Source: Myxococcales bacterium (GTDB lineage: Bacteria; Desulfobacterota; Binatia; HRBIN30). Taken from it: DNA of 64,000 bases. A program made the position numbers and the translations under genes. Below are positions 47,301 through 57,366 of this stretch, piece after piece (position 1 is the stretch's first letter; every line of letters begins with the position of its first letter). The notes below the pieces were generated by a model that was given only the letters and a program-made list of their open reading frames with translations, had not been told where the DNA came from and did no database searches. The DNA lies in NCBI GenBank assembly GCA_037445065.1, contig JBBILD010000001.1, forward strand, positions 195,753 to 259,752, given 5' to 3'.

Positions 47301-48524
47301 TTATTCACGTGCCCACTGGAACGTTTTGAGATCAATGCCTTCCTTTGCCATCTCGTAAAGAGGCGACATATCTCGCAAGCGCTGTACTTCGTGCACCACT
47401 CGCTCGATCACGTAGTCAACTTCTTCGGCGGTGTTGAAGCGGCCCAGGCCGAAACGAATCGAGGTGTGGGCCAGTTCTTCCCCGACCCCCAACGCTTTGA
47501 GGACGTACGAAGGCTCCAGGGTTGCCGACGTACAGGCCGAACCGGAGGAAACAGCAATGTCCTTGAGACCCATGAGCAGCGACTCGCCCTCCACGTAGGC
47601 GAAGCTCAAATTCAAATTCCCCGGTAGTCGCTCAGTGGGGTGCCCGTTCAAATACACTTCGTCGAGATGGCGAGTAATGCCTCGGTGCAACCGTTCCCGC
47701 AGCGCCAAGAGCCGTTCCGCCTCTGCATGCATCTCCTGTTGCGCGATTTCGCAGGCAGCCCCGAAGCCGACGATCCCTGGTACGTTCAAGGTCCCGGATC
47801 GCAGACCCCGTTCGTGCCCGCCCCCGTCCATCTGCGGGACCAGTCGCACACGCGGGCCCTTCGAGCGCACATAAAGGGCACCGCACCCCTTCGGGCCGTA
47901 CAACTTGTGAGCGGTAAACGACATGAGGTCAATGCCCATCGCTTCGACGTTCACAGGAATCTTCCCAACCGCTTGCGTCGCATCGGTGTGAAAGAGAACA
48001 CCCCGTTCCTTCGCGATTTTGCCGATTTCCGCAATCGGGTGGATGGTGCCGATCTCGTTGTTGGCATGCATGACAGAAATCAGCACCGTGCGGTCCGTAA
48101 TCGCGTTTCGTAGGTCATCGAGATCGATGCAGCCGAAGCGGTCGACGGGCAGGTAGGTCACGGTTGCTAGGCCTTTTCGTTCAAGGGCCCGGCAGGTGTC
48201 GATCACCGCTTTGTGCTCGGTCACCACCGTAACGATGTGGTTACCCTTTTCCCGGTAGAACTCGAGCACGCCCTTGATTGCGAGGTTGTCCGACTCGGTT
48301 GCCCCGCTCGTGAAGATGATCTCCTTCGGCTTTGCTCCAATCAGCTTTGCGATTTGTTCCCGTGCCCGCTCCACCGCCGCTTCTGCTTCCCAACCGTAAC
48401 GATGGTTGCGGCTCGCGGCGTTGCCAAACTTTTCGCAAAAGTACGGCAACATCGCGTCTAAAACGCGAGGGTCCACCGGCGTCGTGGCGTGGTGGTCCAT
48501 GTAAATTGTACGGCCTTCCTTCAT
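47301..48524 (-). CDS. iscS: Cysteine desulfurase
   Basis: [26 protein letters not shown] (PLP Lys), [27 protein letters not shown]. Confidence 0.97.
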   Translation of the reverse strand: MKEGRTIYMDHHATTPVDPRVLDAMLPYFCEKFGNAASRNHRYGWEAEAAVERAREQIAKLIGAKPKEIIFTSGATESDNLAIKGVLEFYREKGNHIVTVVTEHKAVIDTCRALERKGLATVTYLPVDRFGCIDLDDLRNAITDRTVLISVMHANNEIGTIHPIAEIGKIAKERGVLFHTDATQAVGKIPVNVEAMGIDLMSFTAHKLYGPKGCGALYVRSKGPRVRLVPQMDGGGHERGLRSGTLNVPGIVGFGAACEIAQQEMHAEAERLLALRERLHRGITRHLDEVYLNGHPTERLPGNLNLSFAYVEGESLLMGLKDIAVSSGSACTSATLEPSYVLKALGVGEELAHTSIRFGLGRFNTAEEVDYVIERVVHEVQRLRDMSPLYEMAKEGIDLKTFQWARE

Positions 48525-48543
48525 GCGGCTCCCTCCGGAGAGT

Positions 48544-48568
48544 AATCTCTACTAATCAACTCTGAATT
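48544..48568. promoter_or_regulatory. Possible second Rrf2/IscR-like binding site upstream of iscS
   Basis: AT-rich 25-mer AATCTCTACTAATCAACTCTGAATT, a weak imperfect dyad of the same length as the 48607 site. Confidence 0.35.
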
Positions 48569-48606
48569 GTGCTGCCAGCGACCACGGATGGGCCATGACC
48601 GCCAAA

Positions 48607-48631
48607 ATCTTGGACTGATAAAGTCTAATAT
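48607..48631. promoter_or_regulatory. IscR type-1-like binding site upstream of iscS
   Basis: ATCTTGGACTGATAAAGTCTAATAT, a 25-bp site with a GACT-N5-AGTC core resembling IscR type 1 boxes, within the only AT-rich stretch before iscS. Confidence 0.6.
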
Positions 48632-48649
48632 CCCTGGCCCTCCGATCAG

Positions 48650-51526
48650 TCAAGCCGGACCCTGTGCCGGGGCGCCGGCTGCACTGTCTGTCGGTGTCCG
48701 ACTGAGCAGGGGGCGGAGATACAGCCCGGTATGCGAGCCTGGGGTTTCTGCCACGACCTCCGGTGTGCCCGCCGCCACTACGCGGCCCCCAGCTTGGCCG
48801 CCCTCCGGCCCAAGATCAATGACGTAGTCGGCGTTGGCGATCACCTCCAAGTTGTGCTCCACCACCAGCACGGTGTTTCCAGCGTCGACTAGGCGCTGCA
48901 GGACTTCGAGCAAGCGGCCAATATCTTCGAAATGGAGTCCGGTGGTGGGTTCATCCAGGATGTAGAGCGTGCGACCGGTGGCCCGGCGGCTAAGTTCTTT
49001 CGCGAGCTTCAAGCGCTGGATCTCGCCGCCCGAAAGAGTCGTAGCCGGCTGCCCGAGCGGCAGGTAACCCAGACCGATCTGCTGTAAGGTCAGCAGCTTT
49101 TGGTGGAGCGCAGGAATTTGTGAGAACAGCTCGAGCGCCTCTTGCACACTGAGGCGGAGCACGTCAGCGATACTGCGACCCTTGTAGCGGACTTCAAGGG
49201 TCTGCGGATCGTAGCGGCTCCCCCCGCACACGTCGCAGGTGACGTACACATCGGGGAGGAAGTGCATGGAGATCCGTACGACGCCTTCGCCCTTGCAGGC
49301 TTCGCACCGACCACCCTTGACGTTGAAGGAGAACCGGCCGGCGGAATACCCCCGAGTGCGCGCTTCGGGTAAGCTTGCAAACCACTCGCGCAGCGGAGTG
49401 AATAGGCCGGTATACGTAGCGGCATTGGAACGAGGGGTGCGCCCGAAAGGGTTTTGATCCACGATCACGACCTTGTCTAGGAATTGCCAGCCGGTGAGTT
49501 CGCGAAACGGGCCCGCAGGCGCCTTGCTACCGTGTAGTCGCTGGGCCAGGGCCTTGTACAGCGTTTCGATCACCAGCGAACTCTTGCCGGCCCCAGACAC
49601 CCCGCTCACGCAAGTAAAAGTGCCGAGCGGGATTGCCACATCCACTTCTTTTAGGTTGTGCACCGTGGCGCCACGCAAATCTAAGGACCAGCCGTTGCCC
49701 GTGCGGCGTCGGTCTGGCAGCGGAATGGATTTGCGCCCGGAAAGATACTGGCCGGTCAGCGAGTTCGGGTTCGCAAGGATTTCTTGTGGGGAGCCTGCGG
49801 CGACGACTTGTCCGCCTCGGTCACCTGCCCCTGGACCCATGTCAATCACATAGTCTGCGGCCAAGATCGTTTGTCGGTCGTGTTCGACAACCACGATCGT
49901 ATTGCCACGGTCGCGGAGTTCGAAAAGCATGCGGAGGAGCCGACCGTGATCGCGTGGATGCAACCCGATCGAAGGTTCGTCCAGCACGTAGAGGACGCCG
50001 GAGAGCCCAGACCCGATCTGCGAGGCCAGGCGCAGTCGTTGTGCCTCTCCACCGGAGAGAGAATCGGCGGGTCGGTCGAGCGTGAGATAGTCGAGACCGA
50101 GTTCGCACAGGAAGCGCAGGCGAGACACCATCTCTTCGAGCACCCGAGCGGCCAGCGTGGCTTGGCGTGGGGAAAGTGGTAGCTGGCGGAAGAAGGTCAG
50201 CACGTCGCCCACGGTGCGGCGGCTGAGTTCGGCAATCGAGAGGCCATGAATCTTTACGGCCAGGGCTTCTGGGCGCAGGCGTGCCCCTCCACAGGAGGCG
50301 CATGGCCGGTGGCCGAGATACGGGCGTAGGGTCTCGTGCAGGAGTATGTCTTCGCTCTTGGCAAGTCGACGCTCGAGCCAAGCGATGAGCCCGTCGAAAC
50401 GCATTGAGAAGCGCTGGGTCTTGCCGGCACGGGCAATGGCGATTCGAAGTGGGTCGGGAGTCCCAAACAGAATGGCACGCTGAGCCTCGGGTGGAATCTC
50501 TTGCCAGGTGGCCTCTGGCGGAAAACCATACTTTCTGCCGAGCGCTTCCAGCAAACCGGCGCGGAACTTGGCGCTACCGAGAAGTTTCCAAGCGCGGATG
50601 GCGCCGTCTCCAAGAGGGCGGTCGGGGTGATCCACAATGCGCTCCGCATCGAGGTGCAGGGTGCTCCCCAGGCCCTTGCACTGTGGGCAAGCGCCAGCTG
50701 GGCTATTGAACGAAAAGAGGCTGGGCGAAAGTTCCGGCAGTGACCGCTCGCAATCTGGGCAGAAAGCGCCTTCCGTAAACGTCCACTCTCCCTTTGGCTG
50801 AGGCTCTGGGCTGACCACCTCGATGCGTGCAATCCCTCCCGACTGCCGGTAAGCCAGTTGAACGGAGTCAGCCAGGCGCCCCTCGACTCCTGGCCGGAGC
50901 ACGAGCCGGTCCACTACGAGTTCCAGGGTGTGGAGCTGGTTCTTCGCAAGGGCCGGCACGGCAGCCAGATCGAACATCTGGCCGTCCACTCGCACGCGCA
51001 CAAACCCCGCCTGAATCAGCTCGGCAATGGTCTTGCGATGATCCCCCTTTTCGTGGCGGACTACGGGCGAGAGAACTTGGATTCGAGTTCCTTCTGGAAG
51101 TCCGCGAAGCTCTGCGACCGCCTGCGCGACGCTGTGCGCCCGCACTTCATGCCCGCACTCCGGGCAATGGGGAGACCCGATGCGGGCAAAGAGGAGGCGC
51201 AAGAAGTCGTATAACTCGCTCACGGTAGCCACTGTGGACCGCGGGTTTGCCTGCCAGCTTCGCTGCTCAATGGCGATCGCCGGGCACAGGCCCTCGATCG
51301 AGTCAACGTCCGGCCGTTCCAGTTGCTCGAGCGCTTGGCGTGCGGCTACCGACAAGGCTTCCACGTAACGGCGCTGCCCTTCCGCATAAAGGGTGTCGAA
51401 CGCAAGAGAGGACTTTCCCGAACCGGACGGGCCGGTCAGCACCACCAGACGGTTACCCGGGATTCGCACGGTAATGTTCTTGAGGTTGTGCTGCCGAGCC
51501 CCGGTCACGATGATGTCGCGCGCCAT
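48650..51526 (-). CDS. uvrA: Excinuclease ABC subunit A
   Basis: GARQHNLKN, two ABC modules (GPSGSGKSS and [17 protein letters not shown] and [12 protein letters not shown]), Zn fingers CPEC, CPDC/CPQC and CEAC/CDVC. Confidence 0.96.
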   Translation of the reverse strand: MARDIIVTGARQHNLKNITVRIPGNRLVVLTGPSGSGKSSLAFDTLYAEGQRRYVEALSVAARQALEQLERPDVDSIEGLCPAIAIEQRSWQANPRSTVATVSELYDFLRLLFARIGSPHCPECGHEVRAHSVAQAVAELRGLPEGTRIQVLSPVVRHEKGDHRKTIAELIQAGFVRVRVDGQMFDLAAVPALAKNQLHTLELVVDRLVLRPGVEGRLADSVQLAYRQSGGIARIEVVSPEPQPKGEWTFTEGAFCPDCERSLPELSPSLFSFNSPAGACPQCKGLGSTLHLDAERIVDHPDRPLGDGAIRAWKLLGSAKFRAGLLEALGRKYGFPPEATWQEIPPEAQRAILFGTPDPLRIAIARAGKTQRFSMRFDGLIAWLERRLAKSEDILLHETLRPYLGHRPCASCGGARLRPEALAVKIHGLSIAELSRRTVGDVLTFFRQLPLSPRQATLAARVLEEMVSRLRFLCELGLDYLTLDRPADSLSGGEAQRLRLASQIGSGLSGVLYVLDEPSIGLHPRDHGRLLRMLFELRDRGNTIVVVEHDRQTILAADYVIDMGPGAGDRGGQVVAAGSPQEILANPNSLTGQYLSGRKSIPLPDRRRTGNGWSLDLRGATVHNLKEVDVAIPLGTFTCVSGVSGAGKSSLVIETLYKALAQRLHGSKAPAGPFRELTGWQFLDKVVIVDQNPFGRTPRSNAATYTGLFTPLREWFASLPEARTRGYSAGRFSFNVKGGRCEACKGEGVVRISMHFLPDVYVTCDVCGGSRYDPQTLEVRYKGRSIADVLRLSVQEALELFSQIPALHQKLLTLQQIGLGYLPLGQPATTLSGGEIQRLKLAKELSRRATGRTLYILDEPTTGLHFEDIGRLLEVLQRLVDAGNTVLVVEHNLEVIANADYVIDLGPEGGQAGGRVVAAGTPEVVAETPGSHTGLYLRPLLSRTPTDSAAGAPAQGPA

Positions 51527-51654
51527 ACGGCTAATTCCTAGCAGGAGCGCAGGCGGCTTCTTTTTCCCTAGCGCGTAGCTGCATCGCCCTTGCGCTGCTC
51601 ACGATTCCGTTTGCCCTCGCAGCTGTGCTAATCGCCGCCCGTGGAGGAACGATC

Positions 51655-52590
51655 ATGCCGAGAATGCACTTCGGGGTCACGCTACCGCAAATCAAACGCA
51701 CCTGGGAAGAGACCCGTGCGGCGGCGACGGCATTCGAGTCGCTGGGATACGACTCGCTGTGGGTGAATGATCACCTTTACGGGGTGCCGATGCCCCACCT
51801 GCCCATCCTGGAGGCATGGAGTACTCTGGCAGCGGTTGCGGCAGTCACGGAGCGCGTGCGATTGGGCACGCTCGTTTCGCCCGTGGGCTTTCGCAACCCG
51901 ACGTTGCTTGCCAAGATGGTGTCCACCCTCGACCAGATCTCTGGCGGGCGAATGATCCTCGGCCTTGGCGCCGGTTGGTTTCAGATGGAGTTCGAGGGGT
52001 ATGGCTATCCCTTCCCGTCTTTGCGCGAACGATTGCAGCAGTTGGAAGAAGCTGTGGTGCTCATCAAGCGGATGTGGACGGAAACACAGGTGACCTTCGC
52101 CGGACGCCACTTTCGGTCGGAGAGCGCGTACTGCGAGCCCAAACCGGTCCAGAAACCGCACCCGCCAATTCTGATCGGTGGCGGGGGCGAAAAAGTGCTC
52201 CTGCGTATCGCAGCGCAACATGCAGATATTTGGAACAACTTGGCCGTGGACCAAAGCGAACTGGCGCACAAGGTTGACGTGCTACGCCAACACTGCCTTC
52301 GCCTGGGAAGAGAGAAAGGTTCTCCAATTGTCTCCCAGCAGTGCTTGGTGATCATTGGCACAGATGAGCAGGATGCGGAGGCCAAGCTGCAAAAAGCAGA
52401 AGCGATTTACGGCGGCCACATGGGAGGGCGCGGACCGCTGACGATTGCTGGCTCGCCGCAGCAATGCATTGAGCGGATTCGAGCCCATGAGGAACTGGGC
52501 TGCTCGATGTTGATCATCGAGTTTTTCGGGAGGGATACCCGCGAGCCTGCACGCTTGTTTGCAGAGGCGGTGATGCCTGCCTTCCAGTGA
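51655..52590 (+). CDS. LLM-class oxidoreductase, probably F420-dependent
   Basis: GYDSLWVNDH, LEAWSTLAAVAAVTERVRLG, RNPTLLAKM..TLDQISGGR.ILGLGAGW, PKPVQKPHPPILIGGGGEK. Confidence 0.9.
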   Translation: MPRMHFGVTLPQIKRTWEETRAAATAFESLGYDSLWVNDHLYGVPMPHLPILEAWSTLAAVAAVTERVRLGTLVSPVGFRNPTLLAKMVSTLDQISGGRMILGLGAGWFQMEFEGYGYPFPSLRERLQQLEEAVVLIKRMWTETQVTFAGRHFRSESAYCEPKPVQKPHPPILIGGGGEKVLLRIAAQHADIWNNLAVDQSELAHKVDVLRQHCLRLGREKGSPIVSQQCLVIIGTDEQDAEAKLQKAEAIYGGHMGGRGPLTIAGSPQQCIERIRAHEELGCSMLIIEFFGRDTREPARLFAEAVMPAFQ

Positions 52591-52643
52591 TCGGTGCCAG
52601 CTTCCTTGTCCCGTGCGATTCGGCGTTGTAAGCAGGCCACCCG

Positions 52644-53666
52644 ATGGCGACACCCCGATGTATGGAGCCACGGAAATGGCTTCCGGCGCTAGCTGCGGCT
52701 CTTGTTCTTTCCGGGTGCGTATTCATTAGTGCGGACTTGAATCCGTTCCGCTCGCGACCCGAGGCTCTGGAGGAGACAACGGTTTCCGGGAAGGGCAAGG
52801 AAAAAGTTCTGTTGATAGAGGTCACACAACTAATCACCACTGCCCCTGCGCGGGGGCTGTTCGGTGTCGATGAGCGGCCGAATCTGCTCGCCCGCGTGCG
52901 TGAAGAACTCGAGTGTGCGGAAAAAGATGGGCGCGTTCGCGCCGTCGTGGTGCGAATCAACAGTCCTGGCGGAACGGTTACGGCGAGCGACACGCTTTTC
53001 CACGAGCTGGCTGAGTTTCGCCGTCGCACCGGCCGACCACTGATTGCGCACATCGGTGATGTGGGTACCTCGGGCGCGTATTACGCGGCCCTGGCGGCCG
53101 ACGAAATCATCGCGAGCCCCACCTCCGTAACAGGCAGTATCGGGGTGATCTTGATGGGCGTGAATCTATCTGGGCTGATGCAAAAGCTTGGAATTCAGAA
53201 TCAGACGCTGAAATCTGGTGCGTTCAAGGATGCCGGCTCGCCGCTCAAGCCGATGAGCGAGGAGGAGCGCGCCTTGCTCACTACCTTGCTGCACAACATG
53301 CACCGGCGCTTTCTGGCCAACGTCCGCGAACGGCGCCCGCAGATGTCCGAAGCAGCGTTGCATCAGGTGAGCGATGGGAGGGTGGTCATCGCGGATGAGG
53401 CCGTGGCCCTCGGGCTGGTAGACGGAGTGGGTTACCTGGAGGATGCGATCGCGCGGGCTCGCGAGCGTGCTGCACTGAAACAAGCACGGGTCGTTGTGTA
53501 CCGGCGACCATCTCAGTATGCCGAGAACATTTATTCGCTCAGCGGGTGGAGCGGAGGCGCGAGCGTGCATCCCTTGGACCTCGGAGGAATCTGGAGGGCG
53601 GCGGAGTTCTATTACCTGTGGTCGCCTGAGATCAGCCCGGGGGAGGGCATTGTTTCGTTCCCCTGA
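52644..53666 (+). CDS. sppA: Signal peptide peptidase SppA, single-domain (36K-type), predicted lipoprotein
   Basis: Lipobox LVLSGC, RINSPGGTV, VGTSGAYY (Ser), TGSIGV, KSGAFKD (Lys). ATG at 52662 is an alternative start. Confidence 0.9.
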   Translation: MATPRCMEPRKWLPALAAALVLSGCVFISADLNPFRSRPEALEETTVSGKGKEKVLLIEVTQLITTAPARGLFGVDERPNLLARVREELECAEKDGRVRAVVVRINSPGGTVTASDTLFHELAEFRRRTGRPLIAHIGDVGTSGAYYAALAADEIIASPTSVTGSIGVILMGVNLSGLMQKLGIQNQTLKSGAFKDAGSPLKPMSEEERALLTTLLHNMHRRFLANVRERRPQMSEAALHQVSDGRVVIADEAVALGLVDGVGYLEDAIARARERAALKQARVVVYRRPSQYAENIYSLSGWSGGASVHPLDLGGIWRAAEFYYLWSPEISPGEGIVSFP

Positions 53667-55218
53667 ACGCGCGCTGTCGCGCGCGTTTGTGCTGCTCGTC
53701 GTAAGCTCCACGGTCTACTTCGGCTCGGTGAACGAGGCGGACAACGATCTTTGGATGCACCTGTTCGTGGGGCGTTTGATTTGGGAAGCTGGCAGGGTGC
53801 CCCGCCAAGATGGGCTGAGCTACACCGCTGCGGGTCAGGCTTGGATCGATCACGAATGGCTCGCGCAGTTGCTGGCCTTTGGTGTCTTTGAGGTGGCTGG
53901 GCCGGCCGGACTGATCTTCGCAAAGCTCCTTCTGGTGAGCGCGATGGTGTGGTTCATCTGGCGCGGCATCGCGCAGGTACTGAACCAAGAGACTCGCTCG
54001 CACTCGCCCCCGCATGCACGTGACGACCTGGTCGCCCTAGCGCAAACGCCGGCTTGGGTGTGGGGCCCGATCATGGTGCTGGTCCTTGCTGTGCTAGCGC
54101 GCGGCTTGTCGTTCCGCCCGCAGCTCTGGACGTATGCGTTCTTACCTGTACTTCTCTGGCTTCTCGGTCATCCAATGGGATCTCTTTGGTGGAGGCTCTG
54201 TGCGACCTTCCTGTTGTTCTTGGCGTGGGTCAACTTGCACGGCGGTTTTGTCGTCGGACTCGCTGTGATCGCGTTGTTTACGCTGTGGGGGATGGTAACG
54301 CGAGCGCCTGACCGAACCCCGAGGGCTCTTTTGGCGGCCGCAGCTCTACTGGCGACCTTGTGCAACCCGTACGGCTGGCGCTTGTTCCCGTATTTGATGG
54401 ACGAGCTAGGGCGGTCGCATCCGATCAGCGAGTGGCAGCCGGTGGCCTGGTTCGAGCCAGAACACGGCGCTTTTTCCTTGTTGTTAGGGACCTGGATGGC
54501 GACCTTGCCGTGGCTACCCCGGAGGCAAGGGGAGTGGTGGCGAGTGCTGATCGCGTTCTTCACGGCCTGGTTCGCTGTGCGCCACCAACGACACGTTCCA
54601 GTGTTCGCTTTGTGTGTGGCGGCCCCATTTGCGGTGCAATGGCTGCGCTTCGGCCATTGGCTTGCAAAAAAGGGCATTCGATTCAGCGCGCCTGCCATGA
54701 CTGTGATCGGTGTCGCAGTGTGCGTGCTTGCCGCCTGGCAAGTGGGCGTTACCCTCCAGGGTCGGTTTGTGCGCGATCGCCTGCAGATCGTGTTTGCCGA
54801 ACAGGACTATCCCGTGCGCCTGGTTGCCGCTCTCCGCGAGGCAGGCAGCGAGGGTAACTTGGCTGTACCGCTCGATTGGGGAGGGTATGCGCTATGGCAT
54901 CTTGCTCCGCGGATGCGGCTGTCCCTCGACGGCCGCTTCGCCACGGTGTATCCGGAGCAGGTGGTGCAGGACAATTTCGCTTTTTATCGGGGCGGACCGG
55001 GCTGGACGAGGTTGCTCGATGCGTACCCCACCGAGGCGGTGTTACTAGCGGCCAGCGCTCGGCATCCGTTGCAGGATTTGCCGGATTGGATCCAGGTCGC
55101 CTCCGATCGAACCGGCGCTTTGTGGGTGCGCAGGAACGTGATCGAGCGGTTCCGCGTGCAACTGCCGGAGGCGGATGCCGGGACGCGGGTGCGGGCGGGC
55201 TGGCTCGCCTTTCCGTGA
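53650..55218 (+). CDS. Polytopic membrane protein, GT-C glycosyltransferase-like (uncharacterised family)
   Basis: About 10-12 TM segments. First loop DNDLWMHL..G, WIDHEWL, RPQLWT, WVNLHGGF, NPYG, ISEWQP; C-terminal DWGGY...DGR domain. TTG start after GGGAGG is inferred. Confidence 0.65.
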   Translation: MFRSPERALSRAFVLLVVSSTVYFGSVNEADNDLWMHLFVGRLIWEAGRVPRQDGLSYTAAGQAWIDHEWLAQLLAFGVFEVAGPAGLIFAKLLLVSAMVWFIWRGIAQVLNQETRSHSPPHARDDLVALAQTPAWVWGPIMVLVLAVLARGLSFRPQLWTYAFLPVLLWLLGHPMGSLWWRLCATFLLFLAWVNLHGGFVVGLAVIALFTLWGMVTRAPDRTPRALLAAAALLATLCNPYGWRLFPYLMDELGRSHPISEWQPVAWFEPEHGAFSLLLGTWMATLPWLPRRQGEWWRVLIAFFTAWFAVRHQRHVPVFALCVAAPFAVQWLRFGHWLAKKGIRFSAPAMTVIGVAVCVLAAWQVGVTLQGRFVRDRLQIVFAEQDYPVRLVAALREAGSEGNLAVPLDWGGYALWHLAPRMRLSLDGRFATVYPEQVVQDNFAFYRGGPGWTRLLDAYPTEAVLLAASARHPLQDLPDWIQVASDRTGALWVRRNVIERFRVQLPEADAGTRVRAGWLAFP

Positions 55219-55270
55219 GCAGGGTACTAGACAAATGACTGGCTCGCACTCGCTGACGAAGGAGAAACCC

Positions 55271-56074
55271 ATGGATCTCCAGGGGAAAGTGGCAGTTGTG
55301 ACTGGTAGCGGCTCAGGGATCGGGAGGGCCGCAGCAATCGCCCTTGCCAGAGCGGGAGCAAAGGTCGTTGTGGCTGACTTGGATCCTGGCCGCGGCGAGG
55401 AAACCGCCCACATGATCACTGGCGTTGGCGGTGAAGCATCATTTGTGCGTACCGATGTGGGAGATCCCCAGCAGTGCGCCCAGTTGGTTGCGGAAACAAT
55501 GCGTGTTTTTGGCGGGTTGCACGTGCTCTACAACAACGCAGGGATCGCCCTGCCTTTCGAAGACGGATTTACCCCGGCGGTTGCGCCCGAGGTCTGGGAC
55601 CGGGTGATTGGGGTAAACCTCTCCGGGACGTTTTACTGCTGCCACTATGCAATTCCCGAGATGGCTCGCACGGGGGGTGGATCGATCATTAACGCTGCTT
55701 CCTCCATGGCTTTGCTCCCCCTGGGGGGTCTCGACGCCTACGCTGCCTCAAAAGGTGGGGTGGCAGCCCTGACCCGCTCGTTGGCGCCTGGCTGCGGGGC
55801 CATGGGCATCCGGGTGAACGCGATCTGCCCGGGATACGTGGACACCCCGATGAATTCGGTGATTTGGCAGAATGAGGCACTTAAGGAAGCGTTTGATCGC
55901 GGCCACGCTCTCGGCTTGCAGACGCCGGAGGAGATCGCGGATTTGGTCGTGTTTCTTGCGAGCGACGCTTCGCGCAGCATTACGGGGGCTGTGATCGCCT
56001 GTGATCGGGGCTGGACCGCGTTTAAGCAACCGGACCTACTCGCCGGCGCGCGAACGGGCGCTCCCTCGGCGTGA
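55271..56074 (+). CDS. Short-chain dehydrogenase/reductase
   Basis: TGSGSGIG, NNAGI, YAASKGG (YxxxK), IRVNAICPG. AAGGAG RBS upstream. Confidence 0.95.
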   Translation: MDLQGKVAVVTGSGSGIGRAAAIALARAGAKVVVADLDPGRGEETAHMITGVGGEASFVRTDVGDPQQCAQLVAETMRVFGGLHVLYNNAGIALPFEDGFTPAVAPEVWDRVIGVNLSGTFYCCHYAIPEMARTGGGSIINAASSMALLPLGGLDAYAASKGGVAALTRSLAPGCGAMGIRVNAICPGYVDTPMNSVIWQNEALKEAFDRGHALGLQTPEEIADLVVFLASDASRSITGAVIACDRGWTAFKQPDLLAGARTGAPSA

Positions 56075-56169
56075 TGCACGGAAGGGGGCTTCGCTCTTCC
56101 CGGCTGCGGGCAGGGTGCCCCGAACCCGCCGGGTGCGCCAGAATGGCCCGCTTGCCGCGCCCACTGGGT

Positions 56170-57366
56170 TCACACAAGCGGGAGTTCGCCCCGCACCAAA
56201 CGCTCGCAGAAGCTCGGAAGGTGTGTCACTTCCTCTTCCACGTAACTGCGAATCGCACTCTCCATGTCGCGCACAGATACGTCCGGCGGCGCCACGACTT
56301 GGATGCCGACCCAGGGGTTGCGCACCGGCTCGCCAATGCGTGTCGCCAAATTTACATACACCTCCGACAACATCGGGAACCGCGCGTGTAACTGCTGAGC
56401 AAGATGTTGCGAAAATACGCTGTAAATCTTGCCAACATGCCGAGTAGGGTTTTTGCCTGGGGCTGCTTCGCCGCCGACGGGACGAGCGAAGGAGATGAAG
56501 CCGTAGGCCCGATTGCCGCGCCCGACCTGGCCGGAGTCCGCATCTTCCGCAGACGTACCGAGTAAGCTGAGATAAAGCCCGTCGGGTCCTCTGCCCGCTC
56601 TGTCGAGCGAATTGAAGGTCCAGTGGATCTGCAACTCTGAGTGGGCAATTTCTTGAGACAGGTAATGCAACACTTCCTCTTTGCGTCGGAAGTAGGCCGC
56701 CTCACTCTCAATGGAAGTGCACAAGAAAGGCATGGCAAGGGTGAGAAAGAGCTGGTCCTGATCGCGGACGGCAAAAATCTTCAGATCTTCGCCGGTGTCC
56801 GGAAAAAGGCGGCGGAACGCTTGGCTCTCGAGAACTCTGCGAGCCTTGAGCACCACCTCTTCTGTTGGTGAGAACGGGGCAAATCCAACTGCTCCGGAGG
56901 TGTCGTTCGACACCATCTCCGCCAATGGCTGAAGGTAAATTCCGCGAAGCGGTGCGGAGCCCGCCGCTAGCGCCGGTTCGATCACGAGCTGTTCACCAGC
57001 TCGCACAAACCGGAGGTGCTCTTTGAGCCACCGGTCCACCGCGCCGTGCACTGTCTCCAGCACGGGGAGGGCTCGCACGTCGACCAGAAAGGTCGCGCGG
57101 TCACCGAGGAAGAAGCGGATGGGGCGTTTCAGTTTCCCCCAGCCAAACCCTTTTTCGCATTCTCCGGCCGCGAGCAAGGCTTTGTCCACATTGAAGTGAG
57201 CGACGAAGCCCACCTCCCGCAAATAAAGGCGACTCAAACCTTGGGCCACGGCCTCCACGAGTGAGTCGCACAGAGTATCTGGATGACCGAGACCCTTGCA
57301 CTCGACCACTTCGATGCGTCGATCACGCACCGCGACCTGTCCCAACTGCTCAACGGCGAAGCGCAT
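56170..57366 (-). CDS. mat: Archaeal-type S-adenosylmethionine synthetase (methionine adenosyltransferase)
   Basis: IEVVECKGLGHPDTLCD, HFNVDK, NDTS, GEDLK, GTSAEDADSGQVGRGNR, EAAPGKNP..HVGKIY match the archaeal MAT family. Bacterial MetK signatures (SESV.EGHPDK, GAGDQG) are absent. Confidence 0.88.
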   Translation of the reverse strand: MRFAVEQLGQVAVRDRRIEVVECKGLGHPDTLCDSLVEAVAQGLSRLYLREVGFVAHFNVDKALLAAGECEKGFGWGKLKRPIRFFLGDRATFLVDVRALPVLETVHGAVDRWLKEHLRFVRAGEQLVIEPALAAGSAPLRGIYLQPLAEMVSNDTSGAVGFAPFSPTEEVVLKARRVLESQAFRRLFPDTGEDLKIFAVRDQDQLFLTLAMPFLCTSIESEAAYFRRKEEVLHYLSQEIAHSELQIHWTFNSLDRAGRGPDGLYLSLLGTSAEDADSGQVGRGNRAYGFISFARPVGGEAAPGKNPTRHVGKIYSVFSQHLAQQLHARFPMLSEVYVNLATRIGEPVRNPWVGIQVVAPPDVSVRDMESAIRSYVEEEVTHLPSFCERLVRGELPLV

